Below, one piece after another: positions 12,370 to 24,010 of a DNA stretch of 64,000 bases. Made by a program: the position numbers and the translations under genes. A model generated the notes under the pieces. The model worked only from the letters and a program-made list of their open reading frames with translations, ran no database searches and was not told the origin of the DNA. The stretch is taken from the NCBI GenBank assembly GCA_964106645.2, contig OZ067039.1; one strand, given 5' to 3'. The stretch comes from Podarcis pityusensis. Lineage: Eukaryota. How positions within the stretch are numbered: the stretch's first letter is position 1; every line of letters starts with the position of its first letter.

Positions 12370-12820
12370 ACTCTTAGTTGGTGGTGCTGATAATGCCAGA
12401 GTTGCAGGTTCGATCCCCATATGAGACAGTTGCATATTCCTGCATTGCAGAAGGTTGGTCTAGACAGGGCCGGATTTATGTTTGATGAGGCCCTAAGCTA
12501 CTGAAGGTAATGGAGCGCTTTATATGTCCAACTGTCCTTTGTCAACAACAAATTGTCGCTGGTTTTTGTGTTGAATATATGCTATATGGAAATTTATGGA
12601 CCTAAAGCCATTTGCACATAACAAAATATGTATTTTATCAAAGTAATTGTTGAATTTCTCTTATATTTTGGAAATGTACATCCAGTTTTTTTGTTTACAT
12701 TTTTTGGGGCCCCCCAAGAGAGTGGGGCCCTAAGCTATAGCTTGTTTAGCTTATACGTAAATCCGGCACTAGGTCTAGATGATCCTCAGGGTCCCTTCCA
12801 ACTCTACAATCCTATGAGTC
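12370..12820 (+). mobile_element. tRNA-derived SINE with CR1-like tail, interrupted by a hAT element
   Basis: B-box GGTTCGATCCC near 12407; tail GGTCCCTTCCAACTCTACAATCCTATGA; related pieces at ~20762-20950 and 21149-21223. Confidence 0.7.
12465..12771. mobile_element. hAT non-autonomous element
   Basis: TIRs CAGGGCCGGATTTA / TAAATCCGGCACTA; 8-bp TSD GGTCTAGA at 12457-12464 and 12772-12779. Confidence 0.85.
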
Positions 12821-14469
12821 TAAAATTCTTCTCTTTATGGAGTGTACTGGGAACAAATTACCACTAGCCTTTTACAAAACAAAACAAAATTAACTAGACC
12901 TCAGTGAGTTCTATCCACAGCTTTGGAAAGGAGAAGACAGGGCTCAACTTCAGCTGAGACTCAACTCCAGAACCCACTTTTAGTATCAGAATACAGCCCT
13001 GGCTTTCCTGCATATTGGGTAACCAGAATAATTCCATAAATATTTAGGATTATGGGGCAGGCTTTCAGACTTGACTCTCAACTGCCTTCATCCCAGCATA
13101 AAACCCAGTATCTTTTTAAGGGTATGATGTTTTATTCTCACTCAAGACAGCTTCACATGTGTATACTCAGTCAAAAAAATGTGACTGCAGTACATACCCT
13201 TTCAAATTGTATGTATCAATGCATCAGGAAACCACAGCTCTATTCCTATATACATACTGGTAAATATTTGTGTGTGGTACATAGAAAATAACTCAAAGGG
13301 ACATACTTCTGTGTAGACAAATAATGGCTTGCCCTGTGAGTGAACCAACTGTTTGTAAGAATATGTGAATATGCAGAATGAATTAAGAACTCAATGCTAC
13401 TTGAAAAAGCTTGCACACTACTGACATGATCAGAAATTGATCCAATAAAATGAAATTGTGCTGATTCTAACAGAAAACAAGATGTCCCACAAAGAAAATT
13501 CCACAATCCATATTAGAGCAATGCCTTTATTAGGTCAACCAAGGTATGGCAGAATAGTATGCAAACTCTTGAATTCTCCAGAACTCCTAATCAGGCTTGA
13601 TGATAAATACAGAAGGGAGTGAAAAATGACTGGTGGAGAAGAAGCCATGGATTTGCATCTAGTTTAAGACACTTCACCCACAGCCATTTCTTCTTCCTCT
13701 TCCCCTCATTTGCATTGCTCACCATCTTCTAGCCTGATGAGAAATTCTGCAGAACTTGAAAGTTTGCACACTATTTTCTGGCATTGGTTGGCTAAATAAA
13801 GGTCCTGCCCAAATATGGATTGCAGAATTCTCCTTGTTACTCTTATTCTTTGCAACTAAAAACAGGGAGACACCTGTCCATCTGTATCTTGTGATTATGC
13901 TGTTCAACAAAATGGTTCAAATAATGAACACACTCCAAGAGTCTGTCTTCAGGTGGCTAGGTATCGGAGTGACAGCAGGCACCCAGTGTGTTGAAGGAGG
14001 GGCCAGGTCACCAAAGAGTTACGTAATTTTTAGGTATGCCCCAACCCCTCCAGAACCGCTCTTCTCAATTCACATAATTGCAGAAGCATCCTCTTTTATC
14101 CAACCCTAGTGTAGTTCCACAAGAGCAATAGAGGAGAGTTTTGAGGGGTAAAGCTAATACAAACCTAGGCTTAAAAAGGTGCAGACCTCAATTTACAATA
14201 GCATGGGTTTTTGGTTTTTTTTAAATCAATTAATTGGTTGATCAAGAGGTGTATACTCAGTTAAGCTAATCAATTCACTAAAAGCTGCAGATACAATTAA
14301 TAGTTGGATCCTACTTTAGTAGTACTCTATATGCCAAATGATGGAACTACTGCACAACAGCATTCACACGTTACAAATACTAGCGAATCTCTTTCTCTGT
14401 GTGTTTTCCTATTGAAGGACTATTACACCCATGAGCACCCCTCCTAACCTTGGCTACAATGACCATAAA

Positions 14470-15620
14470 GGAAAACCGTGGACTCTGCGACGGCGATCTT
14501 TTCCCCAGTCCCGCTACCCAAAATGCGAACAAGTTGAACCGGAGCCCGGCAGAGTTAAAAACAAGACGCCTGGTACGCAACGACGAAAAACAAAAACAAG
14601 AGCTTCTCGTTTTCTGTTCCCTGAAATCTCTCACGTCTCCTGAGGCTAAGGGGAAATATCCCGTCCTTCTACTCCGGAATAATGCCGCGGAAGAAGCTGC
14701 ACCCGTTTCTATCCTCACAACCCCCAAACACCAATTAACCCTCTCCCCTCCCTCGTGTTGCAATCACAAAAGGCGCGGGAGTGAAATCAATTTAATTCAC
14801 CCGGATTGCAAGGGGAGTATAAGGCTGAAGCGCGTCGGGAGGTTCCTTACTCCGAGACAGAAGTGATTCCTTATTGCCCCGAGGGTGTCCCGAGGCGCCC
14901 ACTCACCATCGCCTTGTTTTGTCTGCAAGAAGACGCGTGGCCGGGGCCACTGCCTCTGACCCGCTTTTCACCCCGCGTCTCTGAGCATCCCGCCTGCAGA
15001 CAGGCTGCAGCCGCAGCAACATTGCTGTGCACGGCTGGGGCTTGGGGAAGACGCCTACCTGCAAGCGGCGAGGCTGCAGTCGGCAGAGGCGTTGCAGGAC
15101 GAGGGCTGTCCGGATCGGCTAGTCTGGCGGCTTCAGGCAAGCGTGCCCCGATCCCGGATCGGGAGGACTCTGGAGCGAGCTGGCGGCGCAGTGGCTGTCT
15201 CCACCACGCGCTGCTCTGGAGAAATGGAGCTGACGAGTCGCTGCTTCCTCTTGCCGCTGCTGCAGCAAATAACGCGGGTCCTCTCGCTCGCTCTCTCCCC
15301 CCCCCCCCAAGGTGCGCAGGACGCCAGCCAGCCCTCGGGTCTGCTGGGGGGGAAAGAGCGGGACCGCCCAGAGGGAGATGCGGGAGGAGAGCGGGGCCAG
15401 CCGGGCAAGAGGGTCGCCTGCTCTCCCGGCCACTGCTGCAGAGGCTTAGGTCGCATTTGCAGCGCATCAGAGGAAGGTGCAAGGCGCTGTACGGGGAAAG
15501 CAACCGGCCGTCTAGCCACACTGAGCGGCTAGGCACGCGGCAGGGCAAACTGATGGTGACTTTCCCCGTGGAATGTTTAGAAGACCCACAGTTCGTGCCT
15601 TCTCCTCAACACGCTCACAA
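14470..15620. promoter_or_regulatory. CpG island; probable promoter/first exon of the RTBDN-like gene
   Basis: Strong local GC and CpG enrichment against an AT-rich background; contains the minus-strand donor at 14906. Confidence 0.7.
14907..14909 (-). CDS. RTBDN: Probable first coding triplet of the RTBDN-like gene (ATG immediately before a GTGAGT donor)
   Basis: Minus strand reads AAGGCG-ATG/gtgagt inside a CpG island; splicing to 7202 gives in-frame M-V-V-K-M-S-S-G. Confidence 0.55.
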
Positions 15621-16207
15621 ACAGGCCAGGGAAGAGATAACCGGTCCTTGTGATTTGCTTCCAGCTTCCACTCAAGAGCGGTATACTATTCCTGAATACA
15701 GAGGCTCAGTTTAGAGACTGAGAGTTGCGCTCCATAATTTTGTTTAATCCTGTTTTGTTTTGTTTTTTAATTCATGGTGATCATACATGTCCTGGAAATG
15801 TGTTCCACATGAGTGCGGATTATGTAGTGTGGAAGTATTTCAGGTTCCCATTCATCTGTATTTACTGCCATTCAGTTCCACTGGATTACTGGAGAGAGAG
15901 GACGGAAGGAAGGGCTTTGCTACTCTACAAGACACTCCTCTCCACAGTGGACGGAGTTTTTCTCAGCTTTGGGACATAAATTCAGTTGTTATTGGAAAGT
16001 GAGAAATGCATGAAAGTGGGTCAAAGTAAACCCACTTGCTCAGTCAGCAGTATATTTATTGAAAATAATAAGCTTTCACTATGTGATTGATTTCTAAAAG
16101 GAGCGACACACAGCTCAAGCCTACAAAGAAATCCTGCCCTGCCCTAAGGCTAGGAAGCTACCTTTCCAAGTCACAAATTTGTGTGTCCTAGTTGTGGTTA
16201 CTCAGCA

Positions 16208-16520
16208 GGGACGTGGGTGGTGCTGTGGTCTAAACCACTGAGCCTCTTGGGCTTGCTGGTCGGAAGATCGGCAGTTCAAATCAGCCTGAGCTCCCGTTGC
16301 TCTGTCCAAGCTTCTGCCAACCTAGCAGTTCAAAAGCATACCAGCGCAAGTAGAAAAATAGGTACTGCTGTGGCAGGAAGGTAAACGCCGTTTCCGTGCG
16401 CTCTGGCTTCCATCACAGTGTTCCGTTGTGCCAGAAATGGTTTAGTCATGCTGGCCACATGACCTGGAAAGCTGTTTGTGGACAAACGCCAGCTCCCTCG
16501 GCCTGAAAGCGAGATGATTG
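16208..16520 (+). mobile_element. Sauria SINE (3'-truncated)
   Basis: Head GGGACGTGGGTGG..CTGTGGTCTAAACCAC and body shared with the copies at 17823, 22040 and 58485. Confidence 0.8.
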
Positions 16521-16975
16521 TCCACACACGATCATACACTTGCCCCATAATTTTTGTGACCCCTGCTTTCAAAACACAATTTGCCCAGAATGCCTGTCCA
16601 ATTTTGTTGCCACATTTTGCACTAAAATAAGCTGAACTATGGTAGATTCAGGACAGACCCAAAAAAAGAGTATCTCTTTGCACGGTATGTAGCTTAACTA
16701 TGGAATTCACTTCTACTTGATTTGAGGATGGCAATAAACTTGGTCAGATTTAAAAGAGGATTAGAGAAATTTGTGGAGGATGGGGCTATCAATGGCTACA
16801 AGTCATTATGGCTGTTTGCTACCCCCAGTACTGGAATAAATTATGCTTCTGAATATCAGTTGCTGGGGATTACAAGCAGGAGAGGGCTATTGCTCTCATA
16901 TCATAAGGAACCAGAGGAAGCTGCCTTATATATTAAGTTAGACTCTTGACCCATCTAGCTCAGTATTGTCTACAC

Positions 16976-17226
16976 CAGGGGTCAGCAACCTTTTTCAGCT
17001 GTGGGCTGACCCACTGTCCCTCAGACCATGTGGTGGGATGGACTATATTTTGGGGGGGGGGGGAGAACGAATTCCTATGCCCCACAAATAACCCAGAGAT
17101 GCATTTCAAATAAAAGCACACATTCTACTCATGTAAAAACACACTGATTCCTGGACCGTCCGCGGGCCGGATTGAGAAGGCGACTGGGCTGCATCTGGCC
17201 CCCAGGCCTTAGGTTGCCTACCCCTG
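16976..17226. mobile_element. hAT non-autonomous element inserted in an older SINE (~16905-17345)
   Basis: TIRs CAGGGGTCAGCAACC / GGTTGCCTACCCCTG; 8-bp TSD GTCTACAC/GCCTACAC. Confidence 0.8.
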
Positions 17227-17822
17227 GCCTACACTGACCAGTAACAGATCTCTGGGGTTTCAGGCAAGAGTCTCTCTCAGTCCTATCTGAAGGTGCCAAA
17301 GACTGAACCTGGGGCTCTCTGTAGAAAGCACAGTGCTGGACTACATGAAGCATTAACCTGATCCAGCAGGGCTCTTATATTCAAATTCTCAGGATGTGTC
17401 TATCTTCTGTGAACTCTAGCGTGGTGATTCTGAGCTGCGTAAGGACTCACGGATCCTTGGAATTTTGGATGAGTTGTGTTTTCAAGCTGCTGGCAGTGGG
17501 AGCTGAAGTCTGGCAGAAGAAACTAGGAGTAACGAAACACGACATAATGTTTTTGAAAAAGACAGAAGGCAATGGGCAGTGAAAGTCCCACCTCCAGCAA
17601 GGCTTATTGTGTGGTGTTGGACACCGATATTTGCTTTGTTTCATTTATTCTTCTATAAAATGTTAGCAACGGTGGTCTGCCTCACAGAGTTGATGTGAAA
17701 CACAATAAAGATGGAAAATAATTTTTAAACTCTACTATATAGTTTGGAAAGTTGTTTGTGCACATTTGGACCCCTCTTAAGATATTGTAACCACATTTTG
17801 CATGACAGTTCCTGAGGTCAAA

Positions 17823-18123
17823 GGGACGTGGGTGGCGCTGTGGTCTAAACCACAGAGCCTAGGGCTTGCCAATCAGAAAGTCGGTGGTTCGAATCCCCGC
17901 GTTGCTCAGTCCCTGCTTCTGCCAACCTAGCAGTTTGAAAGCACGTCAAAGTGCAAGTAGATAAATAGGTACTGCTCCAACGGGAAGGTAAACAGTGTTT
18001 CCGTGTGCTGCTCTGGTTCGCCAGAAGCGGCTTAGTCATGTAAGGCCAGTAAAGTGAGATGAGTGCTGCAATCCCAGAGTTGTCCACGCCTGACCTAATG
18101 GTCAGGGGTCCCTTTACCTTTAC
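17823..18123 (+). mobile_element. Sauria SINE with ~90-bp flanking direct repeat
   Basis: Head with B-box GGTTCGAATCC; BovB-type (ACCTTT)n tail; direct repeats at 17733-17823 and 18121-18212. Confidence 0.85.
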
Positions 18124-20423
18124 TATATAGCTTGGAAAGTTGTTTGTGCATATTTGGATCCCCTCTTAAAATATTGTAACCACATTTTGCATGACAGTTC
18201 CTGAGGTCAAAGAGCAGGTTCTCATCTATTTTTGAATAAAATTGGATGCCATTTTTGAATCAAGATGCCAGACTGAACCTTTCAAAACCGCACTAATTTT
18301 AACTGCTGTTTTCAAAACTGCACTGATTTCTGAGTTTCCTTAGAATTCCTGAGCAGTACTGTACTGCATACGAGGCTGCTACTGTAATATAAATAGCAAG
18401 GATATTTTTAAACTATCAAATTCTATTGATTGGCCACACTGGAGGCCTGGTTCTGTTCTATTCTGAGGCTCCTAATGGAGTGACCATCCTTAAATTTGCT
18501 TCCTCTCTTTGCAATCTATTATGGAGTGAAGCCATCCCTGCTCTCTCTCGCTCCATCTTTAGAGGAAGTCCACTGTACTGCTTCCTCCTTGGTGCCAGAG
18601 AGGTGATGGCATCTGACTGCTTCTGAGTCTGATTTGCAAAGAGTGTTTGTTCCTGGGGCCAAGGAATCAACAATGATAAAACAACAATAACAACAACATC
18701 CCTCAAACAAAAGACATAAAGATGCAAACAGACCCTTCCCTCCTCTACTCCACGTGCAAAACCTGCCTTAAGCCAAACCAAGCAGTCTTCTAAAAATAAC
18801 CATTGCATAAAGCGCAGTAGTTTCTTATTGCATTGCTGAACTGTGCAGATAAAAACAGCAAGGACTGCATGTCTTTAGAAAATGCAGAAGGAATGAACAG
18901 GAAGCAAGGACCATGTTCTATTTTCATCCTTTCAGTCCTTTAGAGGCAAGAAAAGGGAGGCGGTTATAATGTGCAACTGAAGAAGGTTGGATTGGTGGGA
19001 ACTTGAGCGAGTCTTAGTGCCTGTACTTTCTGGACGCATGCCCTAATTCAATCATGATGGAAGGTATTATTTTGGAGAGAGTCTGGAAAAAAGGGTCTGA
19101 AACCAGTCCTGATTTGTTTGTCACTTCTTCAGATTCTTAAGTCAGCTAGTTTATGACACCCTTGCATTTCAGCTTCTATAGTATTACTATTACTTTTTTC
19201 CTTTCCTTTCCTTTTTGGTAAAGTCCATTTAGTGTTCTCTGTGACTTTATTCCATTAATAATAATAATAAATTTTATTTATATCCCACCCTCCCCAGCCG
19301 AAGCCGGGCTCAGAGCGGCTAACAACAGTAAAATGATAAAACATTCTAAAATCATTGCATTATAAAATTTATTCCAATCAGATTAAGGGCAACCATTGGG
19401 CTCAAGCATCCAAGGTCATTGGGCTTATGTACATGCAAAGAGCCTTTCTGGACAATTAATCTACATTGAAATGAGTGTGCAGTTGTGTTGCCCATTTTGT
19501 GTGTGGATACCAAATGTTTTCCCGCTGCCTTTCATAAGCACAGGCTGGCTTGAGTGTTGCTTAGAAGGTACAAACAGGTGACAGAATTTAGGTTGGTGTC
19601 AATGTGCCAAGAGGGTGGGAGGCCACTATTGGGGCCAGGGAGTTCGCAGAGCACTAGAATTAGCTTGGAATAAAGGATTTGCTCCATAATCCAGCCAATG
19701 GCATGATGGGCCTGTTATGTACCTCTTAAGTACATAATTGGTGAAGACGCATGCGGGACTCCTTCATGTAGGGAGCTGCTCAGTCATACTTTGTAGGCAG
19801 GACATGTAGTGGTGCCATGTAGATTTTGCAGGTTTAGCTAGAAATTTTACATAAACCACTAGAGACTTGTGCTTAGTATTCTGTGCCCACCAGGTAGCTT
19901 AGAAGAAAGTTCCTTCCTTATCTTTTGACCAGATTGGAGGAGGGCACAGAAGGGGCAAAGTATACTTCTATGTGGGTGAGGTGTGCCCCACGTATTAAGC
20001 TCCCTGAAAGAAAAATAACAATCTATTTTAATGACAGGAATCCAGCATTGGGGAGACGCAGGTAGGGGGAAGCTCCTGGTTTGGGTGTTTGTGCCACCTA
20101 TGCCTTTTGACAAGCTGTACTGTAGGGCAATGTTCTCCCTCTCCCTCCTCCAAAGATGAAACATTATTTATCTTCCTTGCTATTTGACATGTTAATATTT
20201 TGCATGCTACTTGATAGCCCGAGAAAGCAGCTTTTCTATATTTGGGATATCAGAGCAGAAAGTGTCTGATTCAGACTCTCCCCTGTCACATTGATTATTT
20301 TGTTTACAATGCTTTAAATAGCTAAACAGGCTGGGGAAGAGACAAGCTTGTTAGCTAAACTGCAGTCCTGGCTAATCCTCACGATGTCAGTTACGCTGGC
20401 CTCTTTTTCACCTACCTTCCTTT

Positions 20424-20605
20424 CATAGGAGCCAACTCCTAGGGGCTCAGGTCCCTTGGGCCCCCGAATAAAATATTGGAGGGGGCTGCCTCCCAAAGTT
20501 GATGGGCATTGCCACTCAAATAATGTGTGTGCTGTGTCTCGTGATTGATTAGGTGGGGTGGGGAATGCTTCCCCCCCTAATATTTTATTCAAGTTGGCAC
20601 CCCTG
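20424..20605. mobile_element. hAT-like MITE
   Basis: Imperfect TIRs CATAGGAGCCAACT / AGTTGGCACCCCTG. Confidence 0.6.
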
Positions 20606-20722
20606 CATTCCCTTATGTGTGAGAAGCACCTGGAAAAAATGGACCCCCTTTCTGGGAGAACTGGGATCAGAATAGTGGAAATGCAAATGCTTTTTTTCTT
20701 TGGCACTATCCATGCCTTAAAT

Positions 20723-21032
20723 CAGAAGTGGGAACCATTTTCAACCATGGGCTGCATATTTCAGGGTTGTGGGTTTGAGCCCCACATTAGGCAAAAGATT
20801 CCTGCATTGCAGGGGGTTGGGCTAGATGACCATAGCTGTCAACTTTTCCCTTTTCTTGCAAGGAATCCTATTCGCAATAAGGAAATTTCCCTTAAAAAAA
20901 GGGAAACGTTGACAGCTATGTAGGTGACCCTTGTGGTCCCTTCCAACTCTGGCCTGTGGAGAATTCTGAGGCCCAGACAGAGATGCCTAGAGGCCTAAAT
21001 TTGGGCCCTGCACCTGAGGTTGCCTATCCCTG
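20723..21032. mobile_element. hAT MITE containing a SINE fragment, which itself contains a 90-bp MITE (20831-20920)
   Basis: Outer TSD CCTTAAAT (20715-20722, 21033-21040); inner TIR CATAGCTGTCAAC/GTTGACAGCTATG with TSD TAGATGAC/TAGGTGAC. Confidence 0.7.
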
Positions 21033-22039
21033 CCTTAAATTTGCCAGCTGTTAGCTGAGGCTAGCCTCCAATTGTGCTGAAATTGTAAAGTGAATGTCCT
21101 TAAATGAGAGCTGGCATAGTATCACTGTTAAGTGTATGACTTGCAAAGTCATAGAAGCATAGAACTGTAGAGTTGGAAGGACCCCTGAGGGTTATCTAGT
21201 CCAACCCCCTGCAATGCAGGAATCTCAATGTCCTCAGTTGAAAATTTCCTGACCTATGACTTCACAGAGCAGTCTTAGGCAGCACGTAGCAAAGGTATTG
21301 CTCAGGCTGTAACTCTTAATCTGATTTAAGCCATTGGGATTGCAATTTGCTTCACAGTCCTAGCCTGAGCCTAGGACATTGGTAGTACACCTGACAACAA
21401 AAGCTGCCTGTATTTGATTCAGGTGAAGGCACTTGTATCTCTGCCAACGACGCTCTCCTGTGTGTTATGATTTTGAACCTGAAGTTTAGACACTGGTGCC
21501 TTTCATGTCCTTTCCCCCCCAGTAAAAAAGGTGAACAAGTGCCATAACGAAAGGGTACCAATGAGTATCTTCAAATACAGGGGGCGGAAAATGGAACTCT
21601 GTGGCCATACTTCTGCAAGTCTCTAGGCATTGTCTGGAACATATGCAAGCTTGCATGGCTTTGTCTGTCATTATACCTTTTCAAAAGTGAAAAGTGCAGC
21701 AACAAAGGACTTATTGCTTATGAGAAATTAGTTCCATTTGATTCCCCCCCCCCCCGCCTTTGCTTATCAAGAGAAGGCACTGAAGACTGGGCCCTTAGGA
21801 ATCTCAGCTAAAACTAGCTTCTCTTTAGCACTGCTTTCAGGACATGGTTCCAGCAACTACTTGTTTTTCATTTCAAACTAAATTTTCTTAATTGCTTGAA
21901 TTTATTTATACTGTTGTTTTTAATGTTATTATGTTTAGTCTTTATTTTTATACACTGCTTTGTGAGAGCTCCTGTGCCCTGAAAGTTTACCGAGGGATCT
22001 TTTACTAAAGTTCATACTCCAACTGATATATAGCATATA

Positions 22040-22379
22040 GGTAAAGGTAAAGGGTCCCCTGACCATTAGGTCCAGTCGTGGCCAACTCTGGGGTTGCGGC
22101 ATTCATCTTGCTTTATTGGCCGAGGGAGCCGGCATACAGCTTCCGGGTCATGTGGCCAGCATGACTAAGCCGCTTCTGACAAACCAGAGCAGCGCATGGA
22201 AACGCCGTTTACCTTCCTGCCGGAGCGGTACCTATTTATCTACTTGCACTTTGCTGTGCTTTTGAACTGCTAAGTGGGCAGGAACTGGACCAAGCAACGG
22301 GAGCTCACCCCATCACGGGGACCTTCTGATCAGCAAGTCCTAGGCTCTGTGGTTTAACCCACAGTGCCACCTGCATCCC
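22040..22379 (-). mobile_element. Sauria SINE
   Basis: Reverse complement of the 17823 copy; starts GGTAAAGGTAAAGG (tail). Confidence 0.85.
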
Positions 22380-23289
22380 ATATAGCTGTGGCTTAAAGGC
22401 ACCCTATTTATTTTGCATACCTTTACTAGTTTTCAGCTTGAATTTAAACATATCCCATGTAGTTCAGTGGAACTTCCTTCCTAGTAAGCATGCTTAGGGT
22501 CACTTATTTGAAGAGTTTTATTTCAATCAAAGGGATTTAAATCAAAAGGATTTTCTAAAAGTGCTTCGGCTCAGAATACCAGTTATCCTGTAAGTAGTAA
22601 TTTTTCCTAGGTACACGAATAAATAGCAAGCTTCCTTTCTGTATGTCTTATCAAATTTATTTCTTGCATTTCAGATTTTTTAAAGCTTATTCATGTGTGT
22701 TGACATAATTCTAAGCAGCTTTAAGTCTTTTTAAGGTAGTTTGGGAACTGATGAGTGGGCCTATCAGTAAGCATTTTGGGCCCTCTAGTGGAATCTATTT
22801 TGAGCTTTGCTTTCTGGAATTGCGCAAACCGATACAGTACTGGACATATTCCTGACTTCCTCTCAACTTGCTGCAGTATAAAATTGTATTTTTTAAAGAT
22901 TTATTTAAAAATGGCGGCCTCGTCGGCCTGTAGATCAGTACTCTACTTATGGGGCTATTGCAGCCCTATAGGCAATATAGAAGGAAGCTCGGAGATCCTG
23001 GTTCTAATGTATGCAGGACCAGCTTAAGCCAACCAGAACATTTCCTTCCTGAAAGAAAGCACACACTGCAGGAAGTTTATTCTTATTTTTGTTCTTGTCC
23101 ATGGAGAGAAACTTTGCCCATATTCGAGGACATGCAATCCAGATTACATTTTTAAAAGAAAAAAAAAAAAAGATGGTGCTCTGAGTTTCTTCCTGCTCTG
23201 TAATTACTGTATTCGAGTTCCTCAATCACTTAACAGGAAAGTAAAAGTTTAGGGTGGCAACTTCTGTCCCCCTTTATTTCACCGGGAAC

Positions 23290-24010
23290 TGCCCTAGTCT
23301 ACGCGCTGCAGTAGAAGCGCCACGCTCCATCCCTGCGGGGCTCTTCGCCTGCAGCCACAAAGCCACTTGCTAGGGAGCAGTGCCAATGACTTCTAAGCAA
23401 TCAGCCATAAGACTGCCTTACATGGCAACGTAAGGGATCCCTCTCCCCCGCCAACGAGAATGCGGAACCCCTTCGCCTTAAAGCCGCTCTACGCAAACCC
23501 AAACCCTACAGCGCCAATGCCTTCCCGCCCGCCTCCCTTGGCGCCACGGCCACGCTGATTGGCCGGGGAGGCTCGACGTCCACCCCTCCGAGACGAGGGC
23601 GTGACGTCATTGGCGCTCCTTTCTCCGAAGCCTCCCTCTAAGCGTCTTCTTGGCTTCGCCCCTGCAAAGGAAACAGGAAGTGACGTAGGGGGGAGCGCGA
23701 CGCGTGAACGACGCGGCGTCAGGAAGTAGTGGAGTTGCGGGTAGAGACGTGATAGGTACGGGCCTCTGAGGGAGAGAAACGGGGCAGTGGGCGAAGTGGG
23801 GCTCCTGGGTCACCTGCCTTAGAATATGCTTCAGGGGCGGGGGAGCTACGGGGAGCGAGCTTGCTTGCCCAAGGGCCCCGAATTCTTGATCACTGGCTCC
23901 TGTCAGCACTAACGGTGAAGAGGACCGAGGGGGGAACGCCTCGAATTCGTGAAATAAGGACGTGGTGTTTTTTGGGTTGTTTTGGTGTGCAGCTTTAGCA
24001 GCTCTGCGAG
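23290..24010 (+). promoter_or_regulatory. TTC1: TTC1 CpG-island promoter and non-coding exon 1 (donor probably at 23755/23756)
   Basis: CpG-rich; reverse CCAAT (~23558 and 23609-23613); full CRE TGACGTCA at 23602-23609; ETS-CRE composite GGAAGTGACGT at 23676-23686; GATAG/gtacgg donor. Confidence 0.7.

Noticed and set aside
12380-12425. tRNA gene suggested by a B-box
   Set aside because: It is the tRNA-derived head of a SINE and continues into a CR1-like tail; no full cloverleaf.
15100-15240. Possible REST/RE1 site in the RTBDN island
   Set aside because: Only half-site-like matches (GGACAG; TCAGCTCC) with wrong spacing.
14806-15714. 302-aa plus-strand ORF and other overlapping ORFs in the CpG island
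   Set aside because: Low-complexity Ala/Gly/Arg/Pro content expected from stop-poor GC-rich DNA; non-ATG start; no similarity to ADRA1B, MAST1 or any family I recognise.
18458-18808. 116-aa minus-strand ORF with a coiled-coil-looking stretch
   Set aside because: No recognisable domain and no convincing splice context.
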